From positions 1 through 64,000 of the forward strand of contig JAZAMN010000007.1 of the NCBI GenBank assembly GCA_036229005.1: DNA of 64,000 nt, read 5' to 3'. A program made the translations under genes and the position numbers. The notes under the pieces are model-generated. The model saw only the letters and a list, made by a program, of their open reading frames with translations, was not told the DNA's origin and searched no databases. The stretch's first letter is position 1. Each line of letters opens with the position of its first letter. The DNA comes from Myxococcota bacterium (lineage in GTDB: Bacteria > Myxococcota_A > UBA796 > CAJQPC01). Of this stretch, positions 9,499-18,161 are shown one piece after another.

Positions 9499-11460
9499 CT
9501 ACTCGCCCATGTACCCAAGAGCGCGGAGCTGCTCCATCGTGGCGGCGTCCATCTCGGTCTCCTCGGCCTGCACGGCCTCGCCCTTGGCGGCGGCGATCTC
9601 CATCTTGGAGACGGTCTGCAGGGCGCTGAGCTGGGTGGCCTCGCTGGCGGCCAGGTTGTCCTGCTCGCCGGCGTCCAGGCGCAGGTCGTAGAGCTCGGCG
9701 GTCTCCAGGCCGCGGGGGTTGCCCTCGTTGGCCTCGATCAGCTTCCAGCCACCCTGGATGACCGCGGTGAGCTGGTTGCCCTCGAAGTCCTCCTCGGCGA
9801 GCACGGTGCGGTCGTAGCTGTGGGGGTCCACGATCTCGCGCACGACGGGGATGGGGTTGCCCTCCTCGTCCAGCTCGGGCTCGGGGGCGGGCGCGGTGAA
9901 GGCCACGAAGTCACCGTCCAGCACGCTGCGGCCCTGCCACGAGGGGGCGGCCTCCAGGCCGGCGGCCTGGGCGATGGTGGGGGCGACGTCGATGTGGCGC
10001 ACGATCCAGGGGGCCCGAGTGCCGGCGTGCTCCTGGTTCGGCAGCTTCACGATGAGCGGGACGTGGGTCTGCTCTTCGTAGAGGGTGGTGCCGTGCCACC
10101 AGCCGCCGTGCTCCAGGAACTCCTCGCCGTGGTCGGCCGAGAACACGATGAGGGTGTCGTCGTACACGCCGGCGGTCTTGAGCTGCTCGATGAAGGCGGC
10201 CAGCTCGCCGTCCATGTACGCGATCTCCTTCGCGTAGGTGTCCTTGAGGTAGTCCACCTTCTCGGACTCGGGCACCTCGTGCTCGGCGCGGCCGTAGGCC
10301 ACCCCGTTGTAGGGGTGCTCGAAGTAGGGGTCGTGGGGCTCCATCAGGTGCATCATCAAAAACCAGCGGTCACCCTCCTGCGCGTCGATGAAGGCCAGGG
10401 CCTCGTCGGTGGCGACCTCGACCGGCTGGTAGAAGTCGGCCACGTCGTGGCTGTCGCCCTTGGCGCGCTCGGCCACCTTGCGGAGCACGGCGTACATGCT
10501 GAGCTGGTAGACGGACTCGGTGGCCCAGAAGGGCATGTTCGGCGCCAGGTAGGGGTAGTGGTCGAAGCCCTGCCCGAACCCGAAGGTGCTGGTCACGTTG
10601 GTGTTGTTGGGCAGGCCGCCGGTGGCGTAGCCGCCCTCCTGCAGCACCTCGGCCAGGGTCACCACGTCGCCGGGGAGGCGGCTGGACTTGAGGGCCGTGC
10701 TGTGGCTGCTGGGCACCATGGACGTGTAGACGTTCGCGAAGCTGGCGCGGGTCCACGAGCTGTTGGCGTGGGCCTGCTCAAAGACCACGGAGTCGGCGGC
10801 CAGGGCCTCGATGGTAGGCTGGGTGCCGGCCCACTTGCTGTCGTAGGGCGCCAGGTAGTCCGCGCGCAGGGTGTCCACCATGATGAGCAGCACGTTGGGC
10901 TTGTCCGCCATCGCGGCCTGATCGCGGCCCACCCGGGGGATGGCCTCGCTGTCCCCGCCGCCCGGTGCGAAGGAGAACACGCCGGAGACCAGCAGCATCA
11001 CGCCGTAGAGCGCCGCGCTGCCCTTGAGCTCGGTCAGGATGCGCAGGGGGGTCTTGTTGAGCACCACGGGCACCAGCCACATGCCCAGGCCGAAGATGGC
11101 ACCGGCGATGCCCAGGATGCCCAGCAGGCCGGTCATGGGGACGCCCTGCTCGCCGTAGATCACCTTGTTGGCGACGTAGCGGCCGATGACGATGAAGAGC
11201 GGGAGGCTGGCGCCGAAGAAGGCCAGCGCCCAGGCCTGCGCGTCCGTCATGCCCTTCCAGAGCTTGGAGAGCACCACCAGGCCCACGCCGATGGCGACCC
11301 CCATCCCGCCGCCGATGAGCCCGTAGAGGACCGCGGCGTAGAACAGCGCGACGTAGTCGGAGACCGCCCCGGCGCTGGAGAGGATGTAGAGGGCCTCGAC
11401 GACGCCGATGAGGGCGCCGCCGATGACGCCCCCCTGGATGCCGAGCAGCAGCTTCTTCAT
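9499..11460 (-). CDS. Membrane-anchored sulfatase-like (AlkP superfamily) hydrolase/transferase, 653 aa
   Basis: Several N-terminal TM helices; NVLLIMVDTLRAD, SSWTRAS (Thr at the nucleophile position), HDPY, SADHGEE; C-terminal LRALGY; GGAG SD before ATG 11460. Confidence 0.85.
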   Translation of the reverse strand: MKKLLLGIQGGVIGGALIGVVEALYILSSAGAVSDYVALFYAAVLYGLIGGGMGVAIGVGLVVLSKLWKGMTDAQAWALAFFGASLPLFIVIGRYVANKVIYGEQGVPMTGLLGILGIAGAIFGLGMWLVPVVLNKTPLRILTELKGSAALYGVMLLVSGVFSFAPGGGDSEAIPRVGRDQAAMADKPNVLLIMVDTLRADYLAPYDSKWAGTQPTIEALAADSVVFEQAHANSSWTRASFANVYTSMVPSSHSTALKSSRLPGDVVTLAEVLQEGGYATGGLPNNTNVTSTFGFGQGFDHYPYLAPNMPFWATESVYQLSMYAVLRKVAERAKGDSHDVADFYQPVEVATDEALAFIDAQEGDRWFLMMHLMEPHDPYFEHPYNGVAYGRAEHEVPESEKVDYLKDTYAKEIAYMDGELAAFIEQLKTAGVYDDTLIVFSADHGEEFLEHGGWWHGTTLYEEQTHVPLIVKLPNQEHAGTRAPWIVRHIDVAPTIAQAAGLEAAPSWQGRSVLDGDFVAFTAPAPEPELDEEGNPIPVVREIVDPHSYDRTVLAEEDFEGNQLTAVIQGGWKLIEANEGNPRGLETAELYDLRLDAGEQDNLAASEATQLSALQTVSKMEIAAAKGEAVQAEETEMDAATMEQLRALGYMGE

Positions 11461-11597
11461 GGAAGGCTCCAAAGTGAGCAGAGTTCAAGGGCTCCATGGG
11501 TACTTTGTGGGCCCTGGGGCTGCCAGCGCAAAGAAGGTGCAGAGGCGTGCACAGGTCCCGGTGGGGCCGCCGACTCCGGGGGTGCCTACGCTGGCGC

Positions 11598-12731
11598 CTA
11601 CTCCGGGGGGTTGAGCAGCGCGGGGCCCACCTGGTCCAGGCTCTGCACGTCCAGCCCCAGCACCCAGTGCGGCTCCACGCCCACCACCACCAGGCGGTCA
11701 CGCCGCTTCATGGCGCCGCGGAGGACGGCCAGCGTGTCCTCGACTGCGGTCTCAGCGGGTCCCCCGTGACAGCCGCTCTGGTGCCAGGCGGTGGGCGCAA
11801 TGCTGCCGAGCACCACGAGCCTCTCCTCTCTGGCCGCTGCGATCCGGGCCTGCTGGGTGGCCAGCTCCGAGAGCTCCACCGACAGGCGCTCGCAGTCCAC
11901 GCCGTACTCCCCCACCGCGCCCACCGGGAAGGGCTGCTGGGCGGTGGGGAAGGGTCCGTGGGTGGCGGCCAGCTCCGCGCCGAACTCCGGCGGCCAGGAG
12001 AGCTGGGTCCAGGGCTGGGTGGGGTCCACGTGGATCGCGGAGATCAGCAGGCGGGCCTGGTTGAAGGCCTCCAAGGCCTGCAGGCGCACCCAGCCCTGCG
12101 CGTGGAGCTGCTCGCCCAGGGGGAAGCGCACCGACGCCCACTGTGCCCCGTCCTGGGTGCTCAGGGTCAGCGGGCTGCCCTCCCAGTCCACGACGAGCGC
12201 GCGGCTCTGGCGCTCCACCTGCATGCTCAGGTCCTTGCCGGCGATGCCCGCGCCCGGGAGGGTCGGCCCCACGATCTGCCCCAGGTAGCGGTCGCCGTCC
12301 TTGAGCAGCCGCAGGTAGCTGGCGCCCGCCGTCGCGCGTGACTTGAGCCCCAGCACCGTGGGCTGTCCGGGGGTGCCCCGCAGGTCGGGGGCCGGGGCCA
12401 GCACCTTCACGCCAGGGCCCGCCTCCTGCACCGGCCAGGTCGTGGGCACGAAGAGGATGGCCGCGCTCTCCGCCTGGGTCCAGAAGGGCGCGTGCTCCCA
12501 GCTCCGGGCCCGCATGGGGACCTCCAGGGCGCCCTGGTCATCCATCTGCGCCTGGAGGACGAGGGGGCTCTGGGTGCCCGAGACCGGCTGGCCCACCACC
12601 AGAGTTCGCCAGGCATCGAGCACCTCTGCGCTCCCGTCCACCGGCGAGGCACCCGGTGGCATCTCCGCCCCTTGGACGAGCAGCACGCGGGTCTTGGGTT
12701 GGGCGCAGGCGAGCGAGAGCAGGAGCAGCAT
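11598..12731 (-). CDS. Hypothetical lipoprotein, possibly a degenerate AlkP/phosphodiesterase-like fold, 377 aa
   Basis: Lipobox SLAC at C9. APFW, VPTTWP and PDLRGT segments resemble nucleotide-pyrophosphatase-family proteins, but metal ligands are not evident. Confidence 0.55.
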   Translation of the reverse strand: MLLLLSLACAQPKTRVLLVQGAEMPPGASPVDGSAEVLDAWRTLVVGQPVSGTQSPLVLQAQMDDQGALEVPMRARSWEHAPFWTQAESAAILFVPTTWPVQEAGPGVKVLAPAPDLRGTPGQPTVLGLKSRATAGASYLRLLKDGDRYLGQIVGPTLPGAGIAGKDLSMQVERQSRALVVDWEGSPLTLSTQDGAQWASVRFPLGEQLHAQGWVRLQALEAFNQARLLISAIHVDPTQPWTQLSWPPEFGAELAATHGPFPTAQQPFPVGAVGEYGVDCERLSVELSELATQQARIAAAREERLVVLGSIAPTAWHQSGCHGGPAETAVEDTLAVLRGAMKRRDRLVVVGVEPHWVLGLDVQSLDQVGPALLNPPE

Positions 12732-12768
12732 GTCCCTCTTCTACCCCAGCGCGGCGTAGACTGGCGCC

Positions 12769-13494
12769 ATGCTCAACGCCCAAGGCCTGCGCCGCAGCTT
12801 CCAGGACCCGGGCCGGGGGACCGTGATCGCCGTCGACGGCCTGGACCTGCAGGTCGCGCCGGGCGAGATCTACGGGCTGCTGGGCCCCAACGGCGCGGGC
12901 AAGACCACGACCCTGCGGATGCTCTCCACCCTGCTCCGCCCGGACGCCGGGAGCGTGCGGATCGACGGCGTGGACGCCCTGGCCGAGCCGGTCCTCGCGC
13001 GCGCCCGGTTGGCCTATGTGCCCGCCGAGGCTGGCCTGCCCCCGCGGCTCTCTCCGGCGGAGACGGTGGCGCTGTTCGCGCGGATCCAAGGGGTCCAGGA
13101 TCCCAAGCGGCGGGCCACCGAGCTGCTGGAGCGCCTGGGCGCCGCCTCCTTCCTGAACACCCCCTGCGGGCAGCTCTCCACGGGCATGAAGCGCCGCGTG
13201 ATCCTGGCGCGGGCCCTGGTGCACGACCCCGCCCTGCTGCTGCTGGACGAACCCACCGACGGCCTGGACGTGGGCGGGCGGCGGCAGATCCTGGACCTTC
13301 TGGAGGAGCTGGCCGCGGAGGGCCGCGCCATCGTGCTCTCCTCGCACATCCTGTCCGAGGTGGAGCGGGTGGCCCAGCGCGCGGGCGTCGTGAACCACGG
13401 CCGCAAGGTCGCGGAGGGCACGCTCAAGGAGCTGCAGGCCAAGGCCGGCAACGTGGCGCTCGACGAGGCCTTCCTGGCCCTGCTGGGCGACTGA
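12769..13494 (+). CDS. ABC transporter ATP-binding protein (NatA/ABC-2 type), 241 aa
   Basis: Walker A GPNGAGKTT, signature LSTGM, Walker B LLLDEPT, SSH switch. Confidence 0.95.
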   Translation: MLNAQGLRRSFQDPGRGTVIAVDGLDLQVAPGEIYGLLGPNGAGKTTTLRMLSTLLRPDAGSVRIDGVDALAEPVLARARLAYVPAEAGLPPRLSPAETVALFARIQGVQDPKRRATELLERLGAASFLNTPCGQLSTGMKRRVILARALVHDPALLLLDEPTDGLDVGGRRQILDLLEELAAEGRAIVLSSHILSEVERVAQRAGVVNHGRKVAEGTLKELQAKAGNVALDEAFLALLGD

Positions 13495-14451
13495 GTGGGG
13501 TGGCTGCGCGCGCTGCTCTGGCTGATCCAGGCCCAGCTCCTGCGCATCGCCCGAGAGGGGCTGGTGGTCCGCGCTCTGGCCTGGCCGGGGCTGCTCACGG
13601 CGCTCACCCTGGCGGCGAGCTCGGCGGTGGTGCTGGCCTTCTACGCCGACAAGGCCATCGCCATCGAGCCTGGACACCCCGAGATCGTGCAGGAGCTGCA
13701 GGAGAAGGGCCTCCACGTCCAGGAGGTGGGGGATCCCCAGGCTCTGCTGGAGGCAGGAGAGGTCCCGCGGGCTGCGTGGACCGTGGACCACCACTGGCAC
13801 CTGGGGACCCTGCGCGCGGGAAGACTCACCCTCACCAGCGAGGCCACCCTGAGGCAGCACATCGACGCCAACTGGCTGCTCCGCACACCCAAGCCGGGAG
13901 GCCGACCGGTGGAGCTGCGGGCCACGGTGCGCGTGCTGATGGGCATGCTGGGGGTGCTGTTCGCGCTGTACGGCGTGGTGTTCGGGGCGGCCTCCCTCTC
14001 CCGGGATCGGGCCGACGGCTCGCTGGAGGCCGAGCTGGCGCTGCCGGTGCCCCGGGCCCTCCATTCGCTGGCCCGGACGCTGTCCGCGACGCTGGCTCTG
14101 GGGGTCGGCGTGGCCCTGACGGTGGGCCTGCTGGACGCGATGCTGGGCGTGCAGCAGCCGGGGGCGTGGATCGCCGCCGTGAGCCTGGCTGGTGTGACCA
14201 CGACGGCGCTGGGTCAGGCGTGGATGAGCGCCGTGCGGGGCGAGTCGCTGACCGGCCCCCTGTCCCGGGGCATGACGCTGGCCCTGGGGGGCATCGCCCT
14301 GGGCTTCCGCTGGCCGGAGCTGGGCCGACACCTGCCCCTGGCCAGCCTGGGGAGCATGGTCAAGAACCAGGCCCCCTCCCCCCTGGCCTGGGCGCTGACC
14401 CTGGCAGTGCTGGCCCTGTCCTGCTGGGTGTTCGCCCGGAGGACCCGATGA
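13495..14451 (+). CDS. ABC-2 type permease, 318 aa
   Basis: Multi-TM protein with one extracytoplasmic loop and an SRDRADGSLEAEL motif; directly follows the ATPase. Confidence 0.75.
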   Translation: MGWLRALLWLIQAQLLRIAREGLVVRALAWPGLLTALTLAASSAVVLAFYADKAIAIEPGHPEIVQELQEKGLHVQEVGDPQALLEAGEVPRAAWTVDHHWHLGTLRAGRLTLTSEATLRQHIDANWLLRTPKPGGRPVELRATVRVLMGMLGVLFALYGVVFGAASLSRDRADGSLEAELALPVPRALHSLARTLSATLALGVGVALTVGLLDAMLGVQQPGAWIAAVSLAGVTTTALGQAWMSAVRGESLTGPLSRGMTLALGGIALGFRWPELGRHLPLASLGSMVKNQAPSPLAWALTLAVLALSCWVFARRTR

Positions 14452-15944
14452 GGCCGGCGCGGCTCTGGGCGGTCGCGTGGCGGGACCTGCGCCTGGTGCA
14501 CGCGGGGCGGGGCTGGTGGAAGCTGCCCGCGCTGGCCCTGGGGCTGCTGCTGCCCATCGGCGTGGCCCCGGTCGAGCTGCCCACCCACCTGGAGGCGCTG
14601 CCCGCCCGGGCGATGGGTGAGATCCCCCCTGATCTGGCCCAGGACATCGAGTCCGCGCCGGCGGCGCCGGTGCGCTTTGTCGGGCAGGACCCGGTGGTCG
14701 TGAAGGCCACGCGCCTGCCGGAGGCCACCCGCGCCGCGCTGGACAAGCTCCCGGGGGAGACCGTCACGGTCCACGACCTGGGACAGTCCCCGGAGCTCCC
14801 CGGCCGCAGCCTGCTGGTCGCGCTGCTGGCGCTCTCCCTGCTCACGGGCCCGCTGGCGGAGTCCCTGGCCGGAGAGCGCTCCCGAGGCACGCTGACCTCC
14901 CTGCGCAGCGCGGGCATCTCGTCGGCCGAGCTGGTGGGCGGCAAGTGGCTGGCCTGGACCCTGGCCGCGACGGGCACCACCCTGCTGGTGGCCCTCTCCG
15001 GGGTGCTGAGCGGCGCGCAGACCTTGGGGGTGTGGCCGCTGGGCCTGCCGCTGGTCGCGGCCACCGCGGTGGCCCTGGGGCTTTGGCTGGGCCGAGGCGC
15101 CGCTGACGAGGTGGGCGCGGCCACCCGGACCATGCGGGTGCTGCCCATCGCGGCGCTGGTGCTGGGCGGGCTGGCCTACGGGCTGCGCAGCGTGCACCCG
15201 GCCCTGGGCGCGGGCGTCCCCCTGGGCGGCGCGCTGCTGCTCTCCGGGGACCTGGGGACCGGCCCGCTGGAGCTGCTCGCGGCGCTGACCGGGAACGCCC
15301 TGGCCAGCGCCTGGATGCTGCGCTCTGTGGCGCGGAGCCTGGACGGCGAGCCGGACTGGCTGGACCTCCCGGGGCTGGCGCGAGCATCGGGACTGGCGGG
15401 CGCGGCGCTGCTCTGCTGGTGGCTGCCGGTGCTGGGGCCGGGCATCTGGGGGGTTGCCGGGAACCATGCCCTGTCGGCCAACCTGGACCCGGCGCTGGGG
15501 GTGGCCGTGGGCGCGGCGATGCTGCTTGGCATCCTCACGGTGGACCTCGCTCGGGACACGCAGCCCCGAGAGTGGAGTCGGCCCTGCGGGGGTGAGGTGG
15601 TGTACGGCGCTGTTGCGGGGGCCCTGCTGTCCTTCCTCCCGGCCCTCCCCCTGCTGGACGGCCCGCTGGCCGAGATGGCGCTGGATCGCAGCCTGTGGGC
15701 GCGCATCCCCGACCACCCGGTAGCCCTGCTCTCGCTGCCGGTGCTGGCCCTGTTCTTCTGGGACCTGCTGCGCCGGGCCAGCGACGTGCTGGCGGTGTTG
15801 GCCTGGACTCTGGTGCTCTTCCCTGTGGATCCACTGACCGGTGTGGCCTCCGGCGGGGTGCTACTGGTGCTCAGCCGGCGCTGGTCGTGGTGGGCTGCCT
15901 TGGGGGCGCTCACGGGGTGGCTGGCCCTGTCCTCTCTGTGGTGA
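14448..15944 (+). CDS. ABC-2 type permease (NatB-like) with extra C-terminal TM region, 498 aa
   Basis: ATGA overlap with the previous stop; AGERSRGTLTSL...ELVGGKW motif. Confidence 0.8.
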   Translation: MRPARLWAVAWRDLRLVHAGRGWWKLPALALGLLLPIGVAPVELPTHLEALPARAMGEIPPDLAQDIESAPAAPVRFVGQDPVVVKATRLPEATRAALDKLPGETVTVHDLGQSPELPGRSLLVALLALSLLTGPLAESLAGERSRGTLTSLRSAGISSAELVGGKWLAWTLAATGTTLLVALSGVLSGAQTLGVWPLGLPLVAATAVALGLWLGRGAADEVGAATRTMRVLPIAALVLGGLAYGLRSVHPALGAGVPLGGALLLSGDLGTGPLELLAALTGNALASAWMLRSVARSLDGEPDWLDLPGLARASGLAGAALLCWWLPVLGPGIWGVAGNHALSANLDPALGVAVGAAMLLGILTVDLARDTQPREWSRPCGGEVVYGAVAGALLSFLPALPLLDGPLAEMALDRSLWARIPDHPVALLSLPVLALFFWDLLRRASDVLAVLAWTLVLFPVDPLTGVASGGVLLVLSRRWSWWAALGALTGWLALSSLW

Positions 15945-15948
15945 CCGC

Positions 15949-16896
15949 ATGCTCTCCCTGCTCTCCTCGATCGCCCTCAGCGCCCAGCTCGACCACGCCG
16001 AGGTCGCGCTCCACGACAGCCCCCAGGACTGCTGGACGGTGATCGACGGGCAGGTCTACGACCTGACGGAGTGGATCCCCGGGCACCCGGGCGGGGACGC
16101 CATCGAGCGGGCCTGCGGGAAGGACGCGAGCCACCTCTTCGCCGAGCAGGAGCACTCCGAGGCGGCCGACGCGATCCTGCCCACCCTGCGCATCGGCGCT
16201 TTGGGGGATCCGGTGCCCCGGGTGATGCATCCCGCTCCCCACCCCCACAGCCAGCGCCTGGCCGGCGCCCGCGTGGGCCTGCTCCCCTCCGCCGCGACGG
16301 GCCCCAAGGGCAGCGTGGCGCTCCGGGTCGGGCACAGCCTGGCGCTGGGCGACGCCCCCTCCGGCATCGACATCGGGGTGGGCTACTCCTTTGGGCGCGT
16401 GGACCTCTTGCTGACAGACCACCGTGCGCTGGGGCTGGGCGGGTTGGCGGTCAAGGTGGATCTGCTCGGTGACCGCTCGCCGATTCACTTCGCAGTACAG
16501 GCCGGGGGCGGCTACGCGACGGTGCCTGAGCTGCCGGCGCTCTACGCCTTGGGCATCATGAGCCGCAGCTTCCTGGACCAGCGCCTGACCGCGAGCATCG
16601 TCCACGGTCTGGCGGCCAGCCCCGGCAGCGATCAGGGCGTGACCAAGAGCAGCGGCGCGGGCCTGGAGTTCCGCCCCATCCCCATCCACTCGGTGTTCAC
16701 CGAAGTGAACTTCGCCTACGGCGTCGTCACCTCCAACCTACAGTTCTCCGCGGGCGCGCGGATCTTCACCCGCAACCACGCCTTCTCGGTCTTCTACGCC
16801 AACACCCCCACCCAGAGCCCCTGGGCGCTGACGGTGGGCGGGCCCAGCGGGCACGCGGTGGGGCTGGCGATGGAGCGGGCGCTGCACCTGCGCTGA
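15949..16896 (+). CDS. Exported cytochrome b5-like heme domain fused to a beta-strand-rich (putative outer-membrane barrel) domain, 315 aa
   Basis: Signal peptide; HDSPQDCWTVIDGQVYDLTEWIPGHPGG...GKDA...HS; C-terminal amphipathic strands (IDIGVGYSF, GLEFRP, HAFSVFYANT, VGLAMER). Confidence 0.8.
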   Translation: MLSLLSSIALSAQLDHAEVALHDSPQDCWTVIDGQVYDLTEWIPGHPGGDAIERACGKDASHLFAEQEHSEAADAILPTLRIGALGDPVPRVMHPAPHPHSQRLAGARVGLLPSAATGPKGSVALRVGHSLALGDAPSGIDIGVGYSFGRVDLLLTDHRALGLGGLAVKVDLLGDRSPIHFAVQAGGGYATVPELPALYALGIMSRSFLDQRLTASIVHGLAASPGSDQGVTKSSGAGLEFRPIPIHSVFTEVNFAYGVVTSNLQFSAGARIFTRNHAFSVFYANTPTQSPWALTVGGPSGHAVGLAMERALHLR

Positions 16897-16917
16897 ACGC
16901 CCGTAGCTTCCTCCTCG

Positions 16918-17601
16918 ATGTACGCCGACCAGAGCCAACAGGACCTGATGGATCAGGTCCAGATCCAGCCTGACCACATCGCCCGCTATTGGCGATTGTG
17001 GTGGCGCCGCTTCTCACCGCGCTTGGATCGACAGCGTCGGCGGGACCTGTTCGAGCAGACCCGCCATCCAGAGCGCTTCCGGCGGCCCATCGCCCGCAAG
17101 CCGGGGAGCACGGCCTGGATGGTCCGCCGCCAGCAGCTCGAGGGCGGCGACGCAATCTGGGTGCGCTGGCAGCACTTTGGTGTGCCGCTCTGGCCCAGCG
17201 AGGCCTACCTGGCTTCGGCCGACCCCGAGGCTCGCTACCTCCGCGCACAGGTCCCGCTCCCGCCCTTCTCAGCCCTGTACGCACGCGCATTCATGGGCGG
17301 GCTCAAGCTCAGCGCCGCGGCGCTGCTGGCCGCCATGCTCCTCTCAGGCGTGTACTCGGAGATGCGGTTCCTGAACAACAGCGCGACCCCCATGTACGTC
17401 GAGATGCACGGGCGGAGCGCGCTCGTCCAGCCTGGAGACTGCGCCATCCTGGGCCCCTTCCTGGCCGGTCCACACACCCTGGTGGTCCAGCGAGAGGGAG
17501 AAGAGACCGCGCAGCTCCGCTTCACTCTCAAAGGCGGGGGCAAGGGCGCCTTCTATTCTCCCCTCCCAGCCAGGAACACCGCGAGGCTGTGCAGGGACTG
17601 A
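16918..17601 (+). CDS. Hypothetical protein with a single TM helix, 227 aa
   Basis: Fills the gap between neighbours; central hydrophobic segment; no recognisable motif. Confidence 0.55.
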   Translation: MYADQSQQDLMDQVQIQPDHIARYWRLWWRRFSPRLDRQRRRDLFEQTRHPERFRRPIARKPGSTAWMVRRQQLEGGDAIWVRWQHFGVPLWPSEAYLASADPEARYLRAQVPLPPFSALYARAFMGGLKLSAAALLAAMLLSGVYSEMRFLNNSATPMYVEMHGRSALVQPGDCAILGPFLAGPHTLVVQREGEETAQLRFTLKGGGKGAFYSPLPARNTARLCRD

Positions 17602-17634
17602 GACCGCCTCCGTCGCTCAAGGCGCGCTGCACCG

Positions 17635-18099
17635 CTACTCGGCGGGGGCCTCGTGGGGCTCATCGGGCGGGGTCGCGGGCTCGCCCTTGAGGGTCTTGTA
17701 GTGGGCCTCGGCGACCTCGTTTGGGCCGATCAGCACAACAGCGGTGCAGGTGCCCGTCGATGCCGACTGCATGGGCCCCAGAGCCTCCTTCACGCACGCA
17801 GCCCCCTTCTCCGGGACCCCCGTGACCTTGTCCACCTTGGTGCTGCCTTCGGTCCAGGTCCACTCAGCCTTGAAGGCCCCGCCCTCGGGCGCGCAGGCGT
17901 CCAGCGCGGTCTTCTGGCCGGCCAGGGTGGAGGCCACGACCATGCCCCCCATGATGCCGCCGCCCGAGCTCAGCTCGCAGCTCAGGTCCCGGATGCGCAC
18001 GCCATCGACGTCCATGGACGCGATGTTGACGGATGCGGCCGCGTAGGCGACGCCGGAGAGGGTGAGTCCCAGCAGGACGGGGAGAGCAAAGCGACGCAT
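17635..18099 (-). CDS. Hypothetical secreted protein, 154 aa
   Basis: Sec signal MRRFALPVLLGLTLSGVAYA, AGGAG SD, four Cys. Confidence 0.75.
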   Translation of the reverse strand: MRRFALPVLLGLTLSGVAYAAASVNIASMDVDGVRIRDLSCELSSGGGIMGGMVVASTLAGQKTALDACAPEGGAFKAEWTWTEGSTKVDKVTGVPEKGAACVKEALGPMQSASTGTCTAVVLIGPNEVAEAHYKTLKGEPATPPDEPHEAPAE

Positions 18100-18161
18100 G
18101 GAGGCTCCTTTTGGCAGAGCCTACCGGAAGCGGGCGCGCTCAGGTGAGGGATTCCGAGCGC

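Noticed and set aside
12492..15944. 1150-aa ORF as a single protein
   Set aside because: The first roughly 650 aa are an off-frame read of the ATPase and first permease; the real gene starts at the ATGA overlap at 14448.
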